Notes: a model not told the origin generated them from the sequence alone. Positions 18,253 through 27,290 are shown, counted from the first letter of the stretch. The stretch is 64,000 nt of DNA from Eubacteriales bacterium (GCA_045660785.1 JAZREL010000014.1:4849-68848); one strand, 5' to 3'. Translations and numbers: made by a program.

Positions 18253-19437
18253 ATGGAAAAAATTAAGCTTGGTATAATTGGATGCGGTAATATCGGAAAG
18301 GTACATACCGACAATATAATTGGTGGCAAATGCCCCGAGGTGGAGCTTACTGCCGTATGCGACCTTAAAAAGGAGCGCCTCGATGAAATTTTAGAAAAAG
18401 CGCCTGACGTGTCTGTATTTTACGATGCAGAGGAAATGATGGACTCAGGAAAGATTAACGCGGTTTTGGTTGCCGTGCCTCACTACGACCACCCAAAATT
18501 TGCAATTATGGCAATGAAAAAGGGACTTCACACCCTTATTGAAAAGCCCGCGGGCGTTTACACAAAGCAGGTTACCGAGATGAACGAGGTTGCAAAGGAT
18601 GCAAACGTGGTGTTCGGTATTATGATGAACCAACGTACAAACTGCATCTATCGCAAAATGCGCGAGATTGTAAAGAGCGGTGACCTTGGCGAAATTAAGC
18701 GCACAAGCTTAATTATCACCGACTGGTATAGACCTCAGGTTTATTATGATTCAGGCGACTGGCGTGCTACCTGGTCAGGCGAGGGCGGTGGCGTGCTTCT
18801 CAATCAATGCCCACACAACCTTGACCTTTGGCAATGGATTTGCGGTATGCCAACGAAAATTCACGCGAAATTACACTACGGCAAGTGGCACGACGTTGAA
18901 ATTGAGGACGACGTTAGCGCATACTGCGAGTATGCAAACGGCGCAACGGGCACCTTTGTTACCACAACGGGCGACACCCCCGGCACAAACCGCTTTGAAA
19001 TCACACTTGAAAAGGGCAAGCTTGTTGCCGAGGACGGAAAGCTTAAAATGTGGGTAAACGAAATGACCGAAAAGGAATTTTCACGTACCAACGAAAACCC
19101 ATTTGCAAGACCTAACTTTGAATTTAGCGAGGTTGAAACAGACGGCGAAAATCCACAGCACTCAGGCGTGCTTAACCAATTCGCAGATGCAATTTTACAC
19201 GGTGGCGAGCTTGTTGCACGTGGCGAGGAGGGCATAAACGGCCTTACCATTTCAAACGCGATGCACCTCTCCTCCTGGCTTGACAAGGAAATTGACCTCA
19301 CAACCTTCGACAGTGAGCTTTTCTATGAGGAATTAAAGAAGCGTATTGCAACCTCACGCCGTAAAAGCACGGTTAAAGAGGTTGGCACGGTTGATATGAA
19401 CGCTTCGTTCGTAAAAGACCACTATCATATGAAATAA
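18253..19437 (+). CDS. Gfo/Idh/MocA family oxidoreductase
   Basis: 394 aa. N-terminal Rossmann LGIIGCGNIGKVH and an EKP motif. Confidence 0.85.
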   Translation: MEKIKLGIIGCGNIGKVHTDNIIGGKCPEVELTAVCDLKKERLDEILEKAPDVSVFYDAEEMMDSGKINAVLVAVPHYDHPKFAIMAMKKGLHTLIEKPAGVYTKQVTEMNEVAKDANVVFGIMMNQRTNCIYRKMREIVKSGDLGEIKRTSLIITDWYRPQVYYDSGDWRATWSGEGGGVLLNQCPHNLDLWQWICGMPTKIHAKLHYGKWHDVEIEDDVSAYCEYANGATGTFVTTTGDTPGTNRFEITLEKGKLVAEDGKLKMWVNEMTEKEFSRTNENPFARPNFEFSEVETDGENPQHSGVLNQFADAILHGGELVARGEEGINGLTISNAMHLSSWLDKEIDLTTFDSELFYEELKKRIATSRRKSTVKEVGTVDMNASFVKDHYHMK

Positions 19438-19453
19438 TTTTGAATAAGCATTT

Positions 19454-19491
19454 AGGACGTGTCTAATTTAGACACGTCCTTGCATTTTTTT
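19454..19491 (+). terminator. Rho-independent terminator
   Basis: AGGACGTGTCTA-att-TAGACACGTCCT 12-bp stem followed by a T-run. Confidence 0.8.
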
Positions 19492-19533
19492 GCTTTCAAT
19501 GCGAAATGGCAGCCATTGTTAACACGGTATTCA

Positions 19534-19562
19534 TTGACAAATAGGTCTTTATTTGATATAAT
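19534..19562 (+). promoter_or_regulatory. Sigma-A type promoter
   Basis: TTGACA, 17 nt, TATAAT. Confidence 0.55.
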
Positions 19563-19620
19563 AGTAAAAACGGTGCGTTGGTTTCGCGCCTTAATATCGA
19601 TTAGACGAAAGGATTTACAT

Positions 19621-21291
19621 ATGAAAAAGAAAATTTTATCGCTTTTGCTTTGTCTTACTCTTTGTATTCCGCTTGCACTTGCCTCGTGCACAGTGCCTGA
19701 TTTGTGGCCACAAGAAGAGGAAAAGGAAAAGACGTTTTTTGACGAAATTTCGTGTCTTTGGGAAAACAAGGACAGCTATGACTCCGCAAGCTCCTTTGTT
19801 ACTGTGGGCACGGTTGCAAGCTCCAATGAAAAATTCGTTTATACGGTAGGACTTGACTATTCAGACGAAAGCATTGGATTGATTGTTGACAAAACACATT
19901 ATCGCGTTTACAACGTTGCAAGCGGCGCGCTTATTTTTGAGGATTCACTGCTTTTCGATATAAAATCACTTTCCTACACCTCAGAGAGCAAATCAATTGA
20001 CGTAACGCTTCTTGACAAAATGATTTGTGTTAAGAAAACCTCCACCGAAACAGGCGAGGAAACCGCTTATTTCTTTGACGAAAACGGAAAAGAGCTTCTT
20101 AAGACATCCGACACTGCTCTTACAAAAATTGACGAAAACAGAATAATACTCAACCACAAGCTATACGTTTTAGAAAACGGTGAGCTTAAAATGAAGAAGG
20201 ATTTGAACGACATTTCCCCTGCGTTTTACACCATTATCACCCAGCTTGCATGCTTTGGTGACAGATACGTATATTTAGACAAGGGCACAAGCACTATTTA
20301 CGTTTTTGACGAAAACTACAGCTTCCTTTATAAAAAAGCATTAAAACAGACACAGGGTGCCACATTTGCAGATGAACAGTACAAATATTTCACCCTTGCA
20401 AACGGTAACGTTCTTTTCCAAACAACCTACTCAGTTGGCAACTATTCCGTCGAGCTTGAGCCGTACACCTACGACTACATCTCGGGTGGCAAATGCTTCA
20501 AGCTTGATTCATATCTTTTAGATATAAGAACAGGCAATTACAAGGAAATTGAGCTTTCTTATATTTTGTCAACAGTTTTACCCGTTGAGGGCTCAAGCAC
20601 TAATATTTCTTTGCCATACGGCGCACAAAACATTGGCATCGGACAAAGAATTGACGCAAAGAAGCTTGTTAACACAGACGGCGCGCACTTTGCTTCCTTC
20701 CTCCTTTATAATAACGGTGGTGTGAGCGGATTGCCAAGCGTTGACGGCTCTGCTAATTTAACGGTTATCAGTGAGAACAGATTTATCGTAGAAAACGACT
20801 TTTTCGTTAAGGTTTATAACGAAAATGCGACGCTCATCGGTACACTCGACTCATACGAATATTGCAATGAGAAATTTATCGTAACGGGCAAGGAAATTTT
20901 GAGCCACAACCTTGAGGTTGTTTACTCACTTTCCGACAATAATGCCGCGGTTCTCGACGTAACCTCTGACTCCATTTTCGTTGTCGCATACGACAAGGAA
21001 GCCGGCATCTCAACTACGTACCTTATCACAGGCAGCGGTGAGCCAAAGGCAATAAGCAATGACGTTTCACTCTTTGTTTATGACAGCTTCTTTGTTGCCG
21101 AGGAAGAAAAAGACGGCGCTAGCAAGCTTGTAATATACAAGACAAACGGCGACGTGATTGGCGAATTTGCAATTGACGAGCACTCAGGCGTTGAATTTTG
21201 CCGCGAATACGATGGCTACGCAGTTATCGAAACCAAAAACATCGAAGGAAAAACGATGTATATAACCGTTTTCAAGACGGAAAAGGCGTAA
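19621..21291 (+). CDS. Hypothetical lipoprotein
   Basis: Start at MKKKILSLLLCLTLCIPLALASC (signal peptide plus lipobox LASC), 54 codons into the track ORF. No recognisable catalytic motif. Confidence 0.6.
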   Translation: MKKKILSLLLCLTLCIPLALASCTVPDLWPQEEEKEKTFFDEISCLWENKDSYDSASSFVTVGTVASSNEKFVYTVGLDYSDESIGLIVDKTHYRVYNVASGALIFEDSLLFDIKSLSYTSESKSIDVTLLDKMICVKKTSTETGEETAYFFDENGKELLKTSDTALTKIDENRIILNHKLYVLENGELKMKKDLNDISPAFYTIITQLACFGDRYVYLDKGTSTIYVFDENYSFLYKKALKQTQGATFADEQYKYFTLANGNVLFQTTYSVGNYSVELEPYTYDYISGGKCFKLDSYLLDIRTGNYKEIELSYILSTVLPVEGSSTNISLPYGAQNIGIGQRIDAKKLVNTDGAHFASFLLYNNGGVSGLPSVDGSANLTVISENRFIVENDFFVKVYNENATLIGTLDSYEYCNEKFIVTGKEILSHNLEVVYSLSDNNAAVLDVTSDSIFVVAYDKEAGISTTYLITGSGEPKAISNDVSLFVYDSFFVAEEEKDGASKLVIYKTNGDVIGEFAIDEHSGVEFCREYDGYAVIETKNIEGKTMYITVFKTEKA

Positions 21292-21311
21292 TAAAAACAC
21301 TTGAATAAAAT

Positions 21312-21340
21312 AAAAGAGCTTACCGCGGTAAGCTCTTTTT
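21312..21340. terminator. Bidirectional rho-independent terminator
   Basis: AAAAGAGCTTACC-GC-GGTAAGCTCTTTTT. Confidence 0.8.
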
Positions 21341-21346
21341 GTTTAA

Positions 21347-21937
21347 TTAAAAATTAAAAAATCCTGAAATTGAGTTTGTCACGAATGATATATCGTAGCC
21401 AAGCTCGGTAAGCACAAGGTACGCACCTTGCAGAACCACTGCAAGCGCACCGAAAATCACACAAAGTGTGAAAACTACGGTTAAAACGTAATTCTTCACC
21501 TTCATAAAGATAAATGAAAGGATTGTGAATATGCCGTAAACCTGAGATGCTTTAGGTTTCTTGGCTGACTGACAAACGGTGATAAGCACGCCAAAATACG
21601 GTGGGCAAAGGAGCGTGAGCATAAGTAAGAAAAAGTTTACTCTATCCTTGGATTTTGGGGCTTTTTCCGCCTTTTGCTCCTTTGGTGCTTTTTCTGCCTT
21701 TTGCTCCTTTGGTGCTTTTTCTTGTTTTGGTTGAGGGAGTGTCTGTTTTTTTGCGTTTTTCGCTTCCTTCTTTTCAAGCTTTTCCGCTTTTTTCTCCTCT
21801 TTTTTTGCATCCTTTTTCTTGACCGCAGGAACTACGGTAATCACGTTTGGCGCACCCTCCTCATCTTGAGTGGCGCCGCAAAAGGTGCAAAACTTTGCGC
21901 CGTTTTCTATTTCCTTGTTACATTTAATGCAATTCAT
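21347..21937 (-). CDS. Zinc-ribbon membrane protein with Lys/Glu-rich repeat linker
   Basis: 196 aa. N-terminal CxxC...CxxC ribbon (MNCIKCNKEIENGAKFCTFCG), APKEQKAEK repeats and C-terminal TM helices. Confidence 0.6.
   Translation of the reverse strand: MNCIKCNKEIENGAKFCTFCGATQDEEGAPNVITVVPAVKKKDAKKEEKKAEKLEKKEAKNAKKQTLPQPKQEKAPKEQKAEKAPKEQKAEKAPKSKDRVNFFLLMLTLLCPPYFGVLITVCQSAKKPKASQVYGIFTILSFIFMKVKNYVLTVVFTLCVIFGALAVVLQGAYLVLTELGYDISFVTNSISGFFNF
21660..21730 (-). repeat. In-frame 27-nt tandem repeat (2.6 copies)
   Basis: GCTTTTTC(C/T)GCCTTTTGCTCCTTTGGT occurs twice plus a partial third copy. It encodes the APKEQKAEK repeats. Confidence 0.8.
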
Positions 21938-21949
21938 AAAGCTACCTCC

Positions 21950-22330
21950 TTACGCCATAATCGCGGAGAGGTCAATCACACCCGCATAGTAAAGAGCGAC
22001 TACTACCGCCAAGGCAATAACTACCGTTAAGCAAACAAGTGCGACAATAAGTCTTGGAATAAACCATTTTAAGAACCACGGCAAAATTGCGCAAAGACCG
22101 TAAGCCCTTGCAGTGCGCGGTTGAATATCAATTTTTGAAGCCCACAAAACAAAGCCGAAAATCACGCCCTGCGGCACAAAAAGCGCAAGCAAAACGGTTA
22201 AAAACGCGATTGCACAATTTACGTGCTCGGGAATTTCAACGTTTTTGATTTTATTTTCCGTTTGGCAACCGCAGCTTGTGCAAATCACCGCTTCGTTATC
22301 AAGCTCCTTTTTACATTTTTGACAAATCAT
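21950..22330 (-). CDS. Zinc-ribbon membrane protein
   Basis: 126 aa. MICQKCKKELDNEAVICTSCG ribbon plus 3 TM segments. The TM region resembles that of the preceding gene. Confidence 0.6.
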   Translation of the reverse strand: MICQKCKKELDNEAVICTSCGCQTENKIKNVEIPEHVNCAIAFLTVLLALFVPQGVIFGFVLWASKIDIQPRTARAYGLCAILPWFLKWFIPRLIVALVCLTVVIALAVVVALYYAGVIDLSAIMA

Positions 22331-22451
22331 ATTTTTCTCTCCTCATATCCCTTCAAAAGGGCTTATAAAATTATTTTAGCACACCAAGGTATAATTGTCA
22401 AGGGTGGCTTTTTGTCAAAAAAGCGGTGCCGAGGTGGCACCGCAATGCTTA

Positions 22452-22811
22452 TTAACCGATAAATCTGTTTGTCAAAATAATTCCAGCTATAGTTACAACC
22501 GTCAGAATCACCGCGCTTACAACAATGGAAACGATAGAAAGAATTCTGCCAATTTTCACCCTTGGATTATATACCAAGGTTGTTTTATTATATAAGGAAT
22601 ACATAACGAGTGAAGCTATTGCAAAGGTATAATTCATGCTGGCAAGCGCGATAATTCCGGAAATAAAGCAAAGAAGGGAAAAAACCCTAACAGACGGGCA
22701 AAATTTCACGTCCTTTTTTAATTCCGCGGTTCTGGTAAGCGCACCGCCACAGCTTGGGCAATGGTTGAACCCTTCCTTTTCAAGCTTGTTTTTACAATAT
22801 GGACACTTCAT
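22452..22811 (-). CDS. Zinc-ribbon membrane protein
   Basis: Start at MKCPYCKNKL after AAGGAGAAGG (9 codons into the track ORF). CPYC...CPSC ribbon plus TM segments. A GCGGTGCC/GGCACCGC terminator lies downstream. Confidence 0.6.
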   Translation of the reverse strand: MKCPYCKNKLEKEGFNHCPSCGGALTRTAELKKDVKFCPSVRVFSLLCFISGIIALASMNYTFAIASLVMYSLYNKTTLVYNPRVKIGRILSIVSIVVSAVILTVVTIAGIILTNRFIG

Positions 22812-22945
22812 ATACCTTCTCCTTAAAGCTGCTTTCATTTGACATTATTTTACCACACGCGTGCGCGCTTGTCAACATAAAACTCCACTTTTAGAAAAAG
22901 AGGGCAACGGCAAAGCCGCCAAGCCCTCTTTCTGTAATTTTTAGT

Positions 22946-23338
22946 TTAGCCCTGGAAAAGTAATGCAAATAAAAAAGCGTAGACAATAACGTAATAAAGT
23001 ATTAGAGCTACGATAGCGAGCGCCCAGATGATAATTCCGATAACGCCGCATACAGAACCAACCTTAACCATTGTGTGTGATTCGCCTGCTTTTTTCTTGT
23101 ATAATGTTCCGGTAATCAAAGCGGCAATACCGCCGACAATTCCTAATCCCCAAATGATGGAGGCAATACCCGTTGCCATACAAATGATAGCAAGCACGAG
23201 TGGCTTTTTCTTTACCGGTGTCTTTATCTCTACGTAATCCGGTTCAACTTTTTCCTGCTCTTCCACCCTTGGCTCCTCGGGAGTGCAATTTGGGCAAGCT
23301 CCGTTTATAAGCTCAGTGCCACATTGTGAACAAAACAT
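22946..23338 (-). CDS. Zinc-ribbon membrane protein (DUF4190-like C-terminus)
   Basis: Start at MFCSQCG after AAAGGAGAG. CSQC...CPNC ribbon and Gly-rich TM pair. Confidence 0.6.
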   Translation of the reverse strand: MFCSQCGTELINGACPNCTPEEPRVEEQEKVEPDYVEIKTPVKKKPLVLAIICMATGIASIIWGLGIVGGIAALITGTLYKKKAGESHTMVKVGSVCGVIGIIIWALAIVALILYYVIVYAFLFALLFQG

Positions 23339-23433
23339 ATTTTTCTCTCCTTTCATACGTCAAACGACATATTTCTACTTTTATTTTATCACGGTACAGA
23401 CATTTTGTCAATATACTTGCAATTTGTTACAGC

Positions 23434-23505
23434 TTATAATTCTACCTCAAGCAGCTTGTCAAGCTCCGCGCTCTTTTCGCTTGAGTATAGGGGGAGGCGT
23501 ATATC
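23434..23505 (-). pseudogene. Displaced, recoded duplicate of the last 23 codons + stop of dapA
   Basis: Encodes DIRLPLYSSEKSAELDKLLEVEL*, versus ELRLPLSPTQKSAELDKLLEIEL* at the live dapA end. It lies downstream of the inserted element. Confidence 0.7.
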
Positions 23506-23602
23506 TTGCCTTCCCCAGTTAGGGGAAGGGGGACCGCAGTTGGGTGCTTGAAAACAAGCGGTGCGCGAAAACGCCTGCGGTGGATGAGGTGTATAATGCA
23601 TA
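23506..23602 (-). mobile_element. Solo-end palindromic mini-element (divergent member of the DUF559-cassette TIR family) inserted right after the dapA stop
   Basis: Outer palindrome CCTTCCCC-agtta-GGGGAAGG, then GGGGACCGCAGTTGGGTG and CTGCGGTGGATGAGGTGT. These parallel GGGGACCGCTTGCGGTGGAGGGATTGGTGTG of the full element at 40110. Confidence 0.5.
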
Positions 23603-24478
23603 TCAAAGCTCAATTTCGAGTAATTTGTCAAGCTCTGCGCTCTTCTGAGTCGGAGAAAGGGGGAGGCGTAGCTCGTTTTCCATAAAACCGAGGCGCGAAA
23701 GGAGATATTTTAGCGGCACGGGGTTGGTTTCACAAAAAAGTGATGATATAATTGGAGATAGCTCACGTTGGATTTTTAGCGAAATATCGACACGTCCCGC
23801 CACGAAATGAGTGCAAAGCTCGCGCATTTTTCTTGGCACAAGGTTTGAAGCAACCGAAACTACGCCATAGCCGCCAAGGGACAAATTCAGGTAGGTCATA
23901 TCGTCGTTGCCTGTGTAAATTGCGTATCTTTCGCCGTATAATCGGTGCAGCTCCTGCAAATAGCTCGCGTTTCCGCTTGCCTCCTTAACCGCGACTATAT
24001 TTTCCTCATCAATGAGCTTTCCGTAAACGGAAAGTGGGATTTGCGCGCCCGTTCTTGACGGCACGTTATATAAAATCAGCGGAAGCGGTGTGCTTTTTGC
24101 CACCTCCCTAAAGTGATTTACAAGCCCGTTTTCGTTTGGCTTATTGTAGTATGGCGAGACGCACAAAAGTGCATTTGCCCCCGAGGAGTGTGCGTTTTTG
24201 GCATATCTTACCGTGCTTTCGGTGCAGTTTGTGCCGACACCGACAACAAGGGGAATTCTTCCCTTTACTACCTCGCTTGAAAATTTTACTATTTCCTCGC
24301 GCTCACTCTCGCTAACCGTGGGTGCTTCCCCCGTTGTGCCGAGAACCACTATCGCGTCTGCGCCGTTTTCTATTTGATATTCTATTACGTGCCCAAGCGC
24401 TAAGCAGTCAACCTCGCCGCCCTTAAAGGGAGTGGGGAGCGCGGTGATAACGCCAAAGGGCAAAATATTCTTTTGCAT
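23603..24478 (-). CDS. dapA: 4-hydroxy-tetrahydrodipicolinate synthase
   Basis: 291 aa. GVITALPTPF, VLGTTGEAPT and YNVPSRTG motifs. Confidence 0.9.
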   Translation of the reverse strand: MQKNILPFGVITALPTPFKGGEVDCLALGHVIEYQIENGADAIVVLGTTGEAPTVSESEREEIVKFSSEVVKGRIPLVVGVGTNCTESTVRYAKNAHSSGANALLCVSPYYNKPNENGLVNHFREVAKSTPLPLILYNVPSRTGAQIPLSVYGKLIDEENIVAVKEASGNASYLQELHRLYGERYAIYTGNDDMTYLNLSLGGYGVVSVASNLVPRKMRELCTHFVAGRVDISLKIQRELSPIISSLFCETNPVPLKYLLSRLGFMENELRLPLSPTQKSAELDKLLEIEL

Positions 24479-24597
24479 ACAAATTCCTCCAAAATGTGAA
24501 AAAGTGTTGAAAATATTTTCTAAATGCTATATACTATATATGATATGCGCGTATATTGTATGCGCGCGCAATTTTTCACGCGGAAGGGGCGAACAAT

Positions 24598-25677
24598 ATG
24601 ATTAAAAATACCTTACCCGAAACCACGCTCAAGACGAGTGATTTCTACTACGATTTACCAAGTGAGCTTATCGCACAGACCCCTGCCACACCAAGGGACT
24701 CCTCGCGCCTTTTGGCACTTCGCGGGGACGGCACTATTGAAGATAAGCATTTTTACGATATAATTGACTATCTTAACGAGGGTGACACGCTCGTTATCAA
24801 CGACTCGCGCGTTATCCCTGCAAGAATTTTTGGCGAAAAGGTGCGCCAAGGTGAGTTTGAGGCAGCGCCATCGAAAATTGAAACCTTGCTTTTGAAGCAT
24901 CGCGGAAACGACGAGTGGGAGGTGCTTTTGCGCCCTGCCAAGAAAATCAAAATTGGCGGTAAAATCAAGTACGATTGCTCCCTTGAGGGCACAGTTGTTG
25001 ACGTTATCGAGGACGGCAACAGAATTGTAAAATTCGATTACGATAAAGAAAAATACACGAATATTTTCGAGGTTTTGGAGTTGGTTGGCTCCATGCCCCT
25101 TCCCCCATACATCACTGAAAAGCTTGAGGACAAAAACCGCTACCAAACTGTGTACGCGCGCGAAAACGGAAGCGCGGCGGCACCGACGGCAGGCCTTCAT
25201 TTCACCCCCGAGCTTCTTGAAAAAATAAAGGCGAAGGGTGTAGCTATCGTGCCCGTTATGCTCCACGTTGGGCTTGGCACGTTCCGCCCTGTTAAGGAAG
25301 AAAACATCACCGACCATATAATGCACGCGGAGTTTATCACGGTTAGCCCCGAGAGCGCGCGCATAATAAACGAGCGCAGAAAAAAGGGCGGACGCACCGT
25401 TGCCGTTGGCACAACCTCGTGCCGCACACTTGAAAGCGCCTCAAACGACGACGGCGAGGTTTTAGCCACCGCCGATTCAACTGAAATTTTTATTTACCCC
25501 GGATATAAGTTCAAGGCAGTTGATGCCTTGATTACAAACTTCCACTTGCCCGAAAGCACGCTTATTATGCTTATTTCAGCATTCCGCGGCAGGGAAAGAA
25601 TAATGGAGGCGTATCGTCACGCGGTTGCGGAAAAATACAGATTTTTCTCGTTTGGCGATGCAATGCTTTTAGAATAG
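24598..25677 (+). CDS. queA: S-adenosylmethionine:tRNA ribosyltransferase-isomerase
   Basis: Start at MIKNTLPE after GGAAGGGG. DFYYDLPSELIAQTP, PLPPYI and GLHFT motifs. Confidence 0.9.
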   Translation: MIKNTLPETTLKTSDFYYDLPSELIAQTPATPRDSSRLLALRGDGTIEDKHFYDIIDYLNEGDTLVINDSRVIPARIFGEKVRQGEFEAAPSKIETLLLKHRGNDEWEVLLRPAKKIKIGGKIKYDCSLEGTVVDVIEDGNRIVKFDYDKEKYTNIFEVLELVGSMPLPPYITEKLEDKNRYQTVYARENGSAAAPTAGLHFTPELLEKIKAKGVAIVPVMLHVGLGTFRPVKEENITDHIMHAEFITVSPESARIINERRKKGGRTVAVGTTSCRTLESASNDDGEVLATADSTEIFIYPGYKFKAVDALITNFHLPESTLIMLISAFRGRERIMEAYRHAVAEKYRFFSFGDAMLLE

Positions 25678-25696
25678 TTTAAAGGAGACGTGCCAA

Positions 25697-27289
25697 ATGG
25701 ACTTGATTGCAATTGTTGGGCCGACGGCGGTTGGCAAAACCGCGCTCGCACTTGCTTTGGCGAAAAGATATAACGGCGAGATTATCTCGTGCGATTCCAT
25801 GCAAATTTACAAGCATATGGACATTGGCACAGCTAAGCCGACAAAAAATGAGCAAGCAATTTGCCCTCACCACCTAATTGATATAAAGGAGCCAAACGAG
25901 GACTTTTCCTGTGCGGAATACGCCACCTTGGCACGTGAGGCAATTGAAGATATAAGGAGCCGCGGCAAGCTGCCTATTTTCTGTGGCGGCACGGGTCTTT
26001 ATCTTGACAGCGTTTTGAAAATTTCGTCATTTAGCGAAACACAGGTTGACGAAAGCTACCGCGCCGAGCTTGAAAAATTTGCAAGTGAAAACGGTGCTGA
26101 CGCGCTCCACGCGCTTCTCTCATCGGTTGACCCTGAAAGCGCCGAGGCAATTCACAAAAACAACCAAAAAAGAGTAATTCGCGCACTTGAAATATATAAG
26201 TGCACGGGTAAGAAAAAGAGCGAGCTTGACCGTCTTTCGCGTGAGCAGGAGCCGCCGTACGATGCCACGGTCTTTTTCCTAACCGCACGCGAGCGCGAGC
26301 TTCTCTATTCGCGAATTGAACAGCGCGTTGATATTATGCTTGACGAGGGGCTGGAAGCCGAGGCGAAATACCTTTGGGAAAACGAGCTTTTGAAGCCCGA
26401 ATATAATTCCTACGCGGCAATCGGCTACAAGGAGCTTATCCCTTATTTCAAGGGCGAAAAAACGCTTGAGGGGTGCATCTTAGACCTAAAGCTTGCCACG
26501 CGCCACTATGCAAAAAGACAGCTCACTTGGTTCTCGCGCGAGGAAAGCTATCATAAAATTTACATCGACGCAGAAAACGCATACGATTCCGCTTGCGCCA
26601 TAATCGACGGGCAAAAAAGCCCAAAGCAAAAAGCGATTGACGCGGGCTTTGACGAGGTTACAGATACCATTCGCCGCCTTGATCCAAATGGCAAGGTTTC
26701 GCTCCTTGCCGCAACAAAAATGCAGGATGCCAAGGACATAAACTACCTCATTTCCAAGGGAGTTAAGATTATTGGCGAAAACCGAGTAAACGAGCTGATT
26801 GAAAAATACGACTCGTACGATAAAAGTGCGGAGCTTCACTTTATCGGCACACTCCAAAAGAATAAGGTTAAATATATAATAGATAAGGTTTCCTTAATTC
26901 ACTCGCTCGATTCATATTCACTTGCCGAGGAAATCAGCAAGCGCGCAACCAAAATCGGCAAGGTAATGGACGTTTTGGTTGAGGTAAACAGCGGACGTGA
27001 GGAAAACAAGGGCGGCATTTTACCCGAGGACCTTTATAGCTTCCTTGCCTCACTCACCTCACTCTCAGGCGTGCGCGTGCGCGGACTTATGACAATGGCG
27101 CCAAGGTGCGAGAAAAAAGAGGACTACTTAAAATATTTTTCACTGACGAAGGAACTTTTCGATGCGCATTTCGGTGGCGACGAAAACGCGATTTTGTCAA
27201 TGGGAATGAGCGAAAGCTACGAGGAAGCAATTTTATCTGGAGCGACTCTTGTTCGAGTTGGCTCAAAAATATTTGGAAGGAGAAATTAA
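25697..27289 (+). CDS. miaA: tRNA dimethylallyltransferase fused to YggS/PLPBP-type PLP-binding domain
   Basis: Single 530-aa ORF. Residues about 1-300 are MiaA (IVGPTAVGKT P-loop, SCDSMQIYKHMDIGTAKP, YAKRQLTWF). Residues about 315-530 are YggS/YlmE (KIIGENRVNE, HFIGTLQKNK, GLMTMAP, LSMGMSESY, VRVGSKIFG). Confidence 0.85.
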   Translation: MDLIAIVGPTAVGKTALALALAKRYNGEIISCDSMQIYKHMDIGTAKPTKNEQAICPHHLIDIKEPNEDFSCAEYATLAREAIEDIRSRGKLPIFCGGTGLYLDSVLKISSFSETQVDESYRAELEKFASENGADALHALLSSVDPESAEAIHKNNQKRVIRALEIYKCTGKKKSELDRLSREQEPPYDATVFFLTARERELLYSRIEQRVDIMLDEGLEAEAKYLWENELLKPEYNSYAAIGYKELIPYFKGEKTLEGCILDLKLATRHYAKRQLTWFSREESYHKIYIDAENAYDSACAIIDGQKSPKQKAIDAGFDEVTDTIRRLDPNGKVSLLAATKMQDAKDINYLISKGVKIIGENRVNELIEKYDSYDKSAELHFIGTLQKNKVKYIIDKVSLIHSLDSYSLAEEISKRATKIGKVMDVLVEVNSGREENKGGILPEDLYSFLASLTSLSGVRVRGLMTMAPRCEKKEDYLKYFSLTKELFDAHFGGDENAILSMGMSESYEEAILSGATLVRVGSKIFGRRN

Positions 27290-27290
27290 A

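Noticed and set aside
21660-21730. 27-nt tandem repeat considered as a non-coding VNTR or mini-CRISPR.
   Set aside because: It is in frame within a well-formed gene and encodes a 9-aa Lys/Glu-rich repeat.
23434-23631. 65-aa track ORF downstream of dapA.
   Set aside because: It is a chimera of the displaced dapA tail and read-through of the inserted palindromic element. It has no SD and starts inside the dapA coding end.
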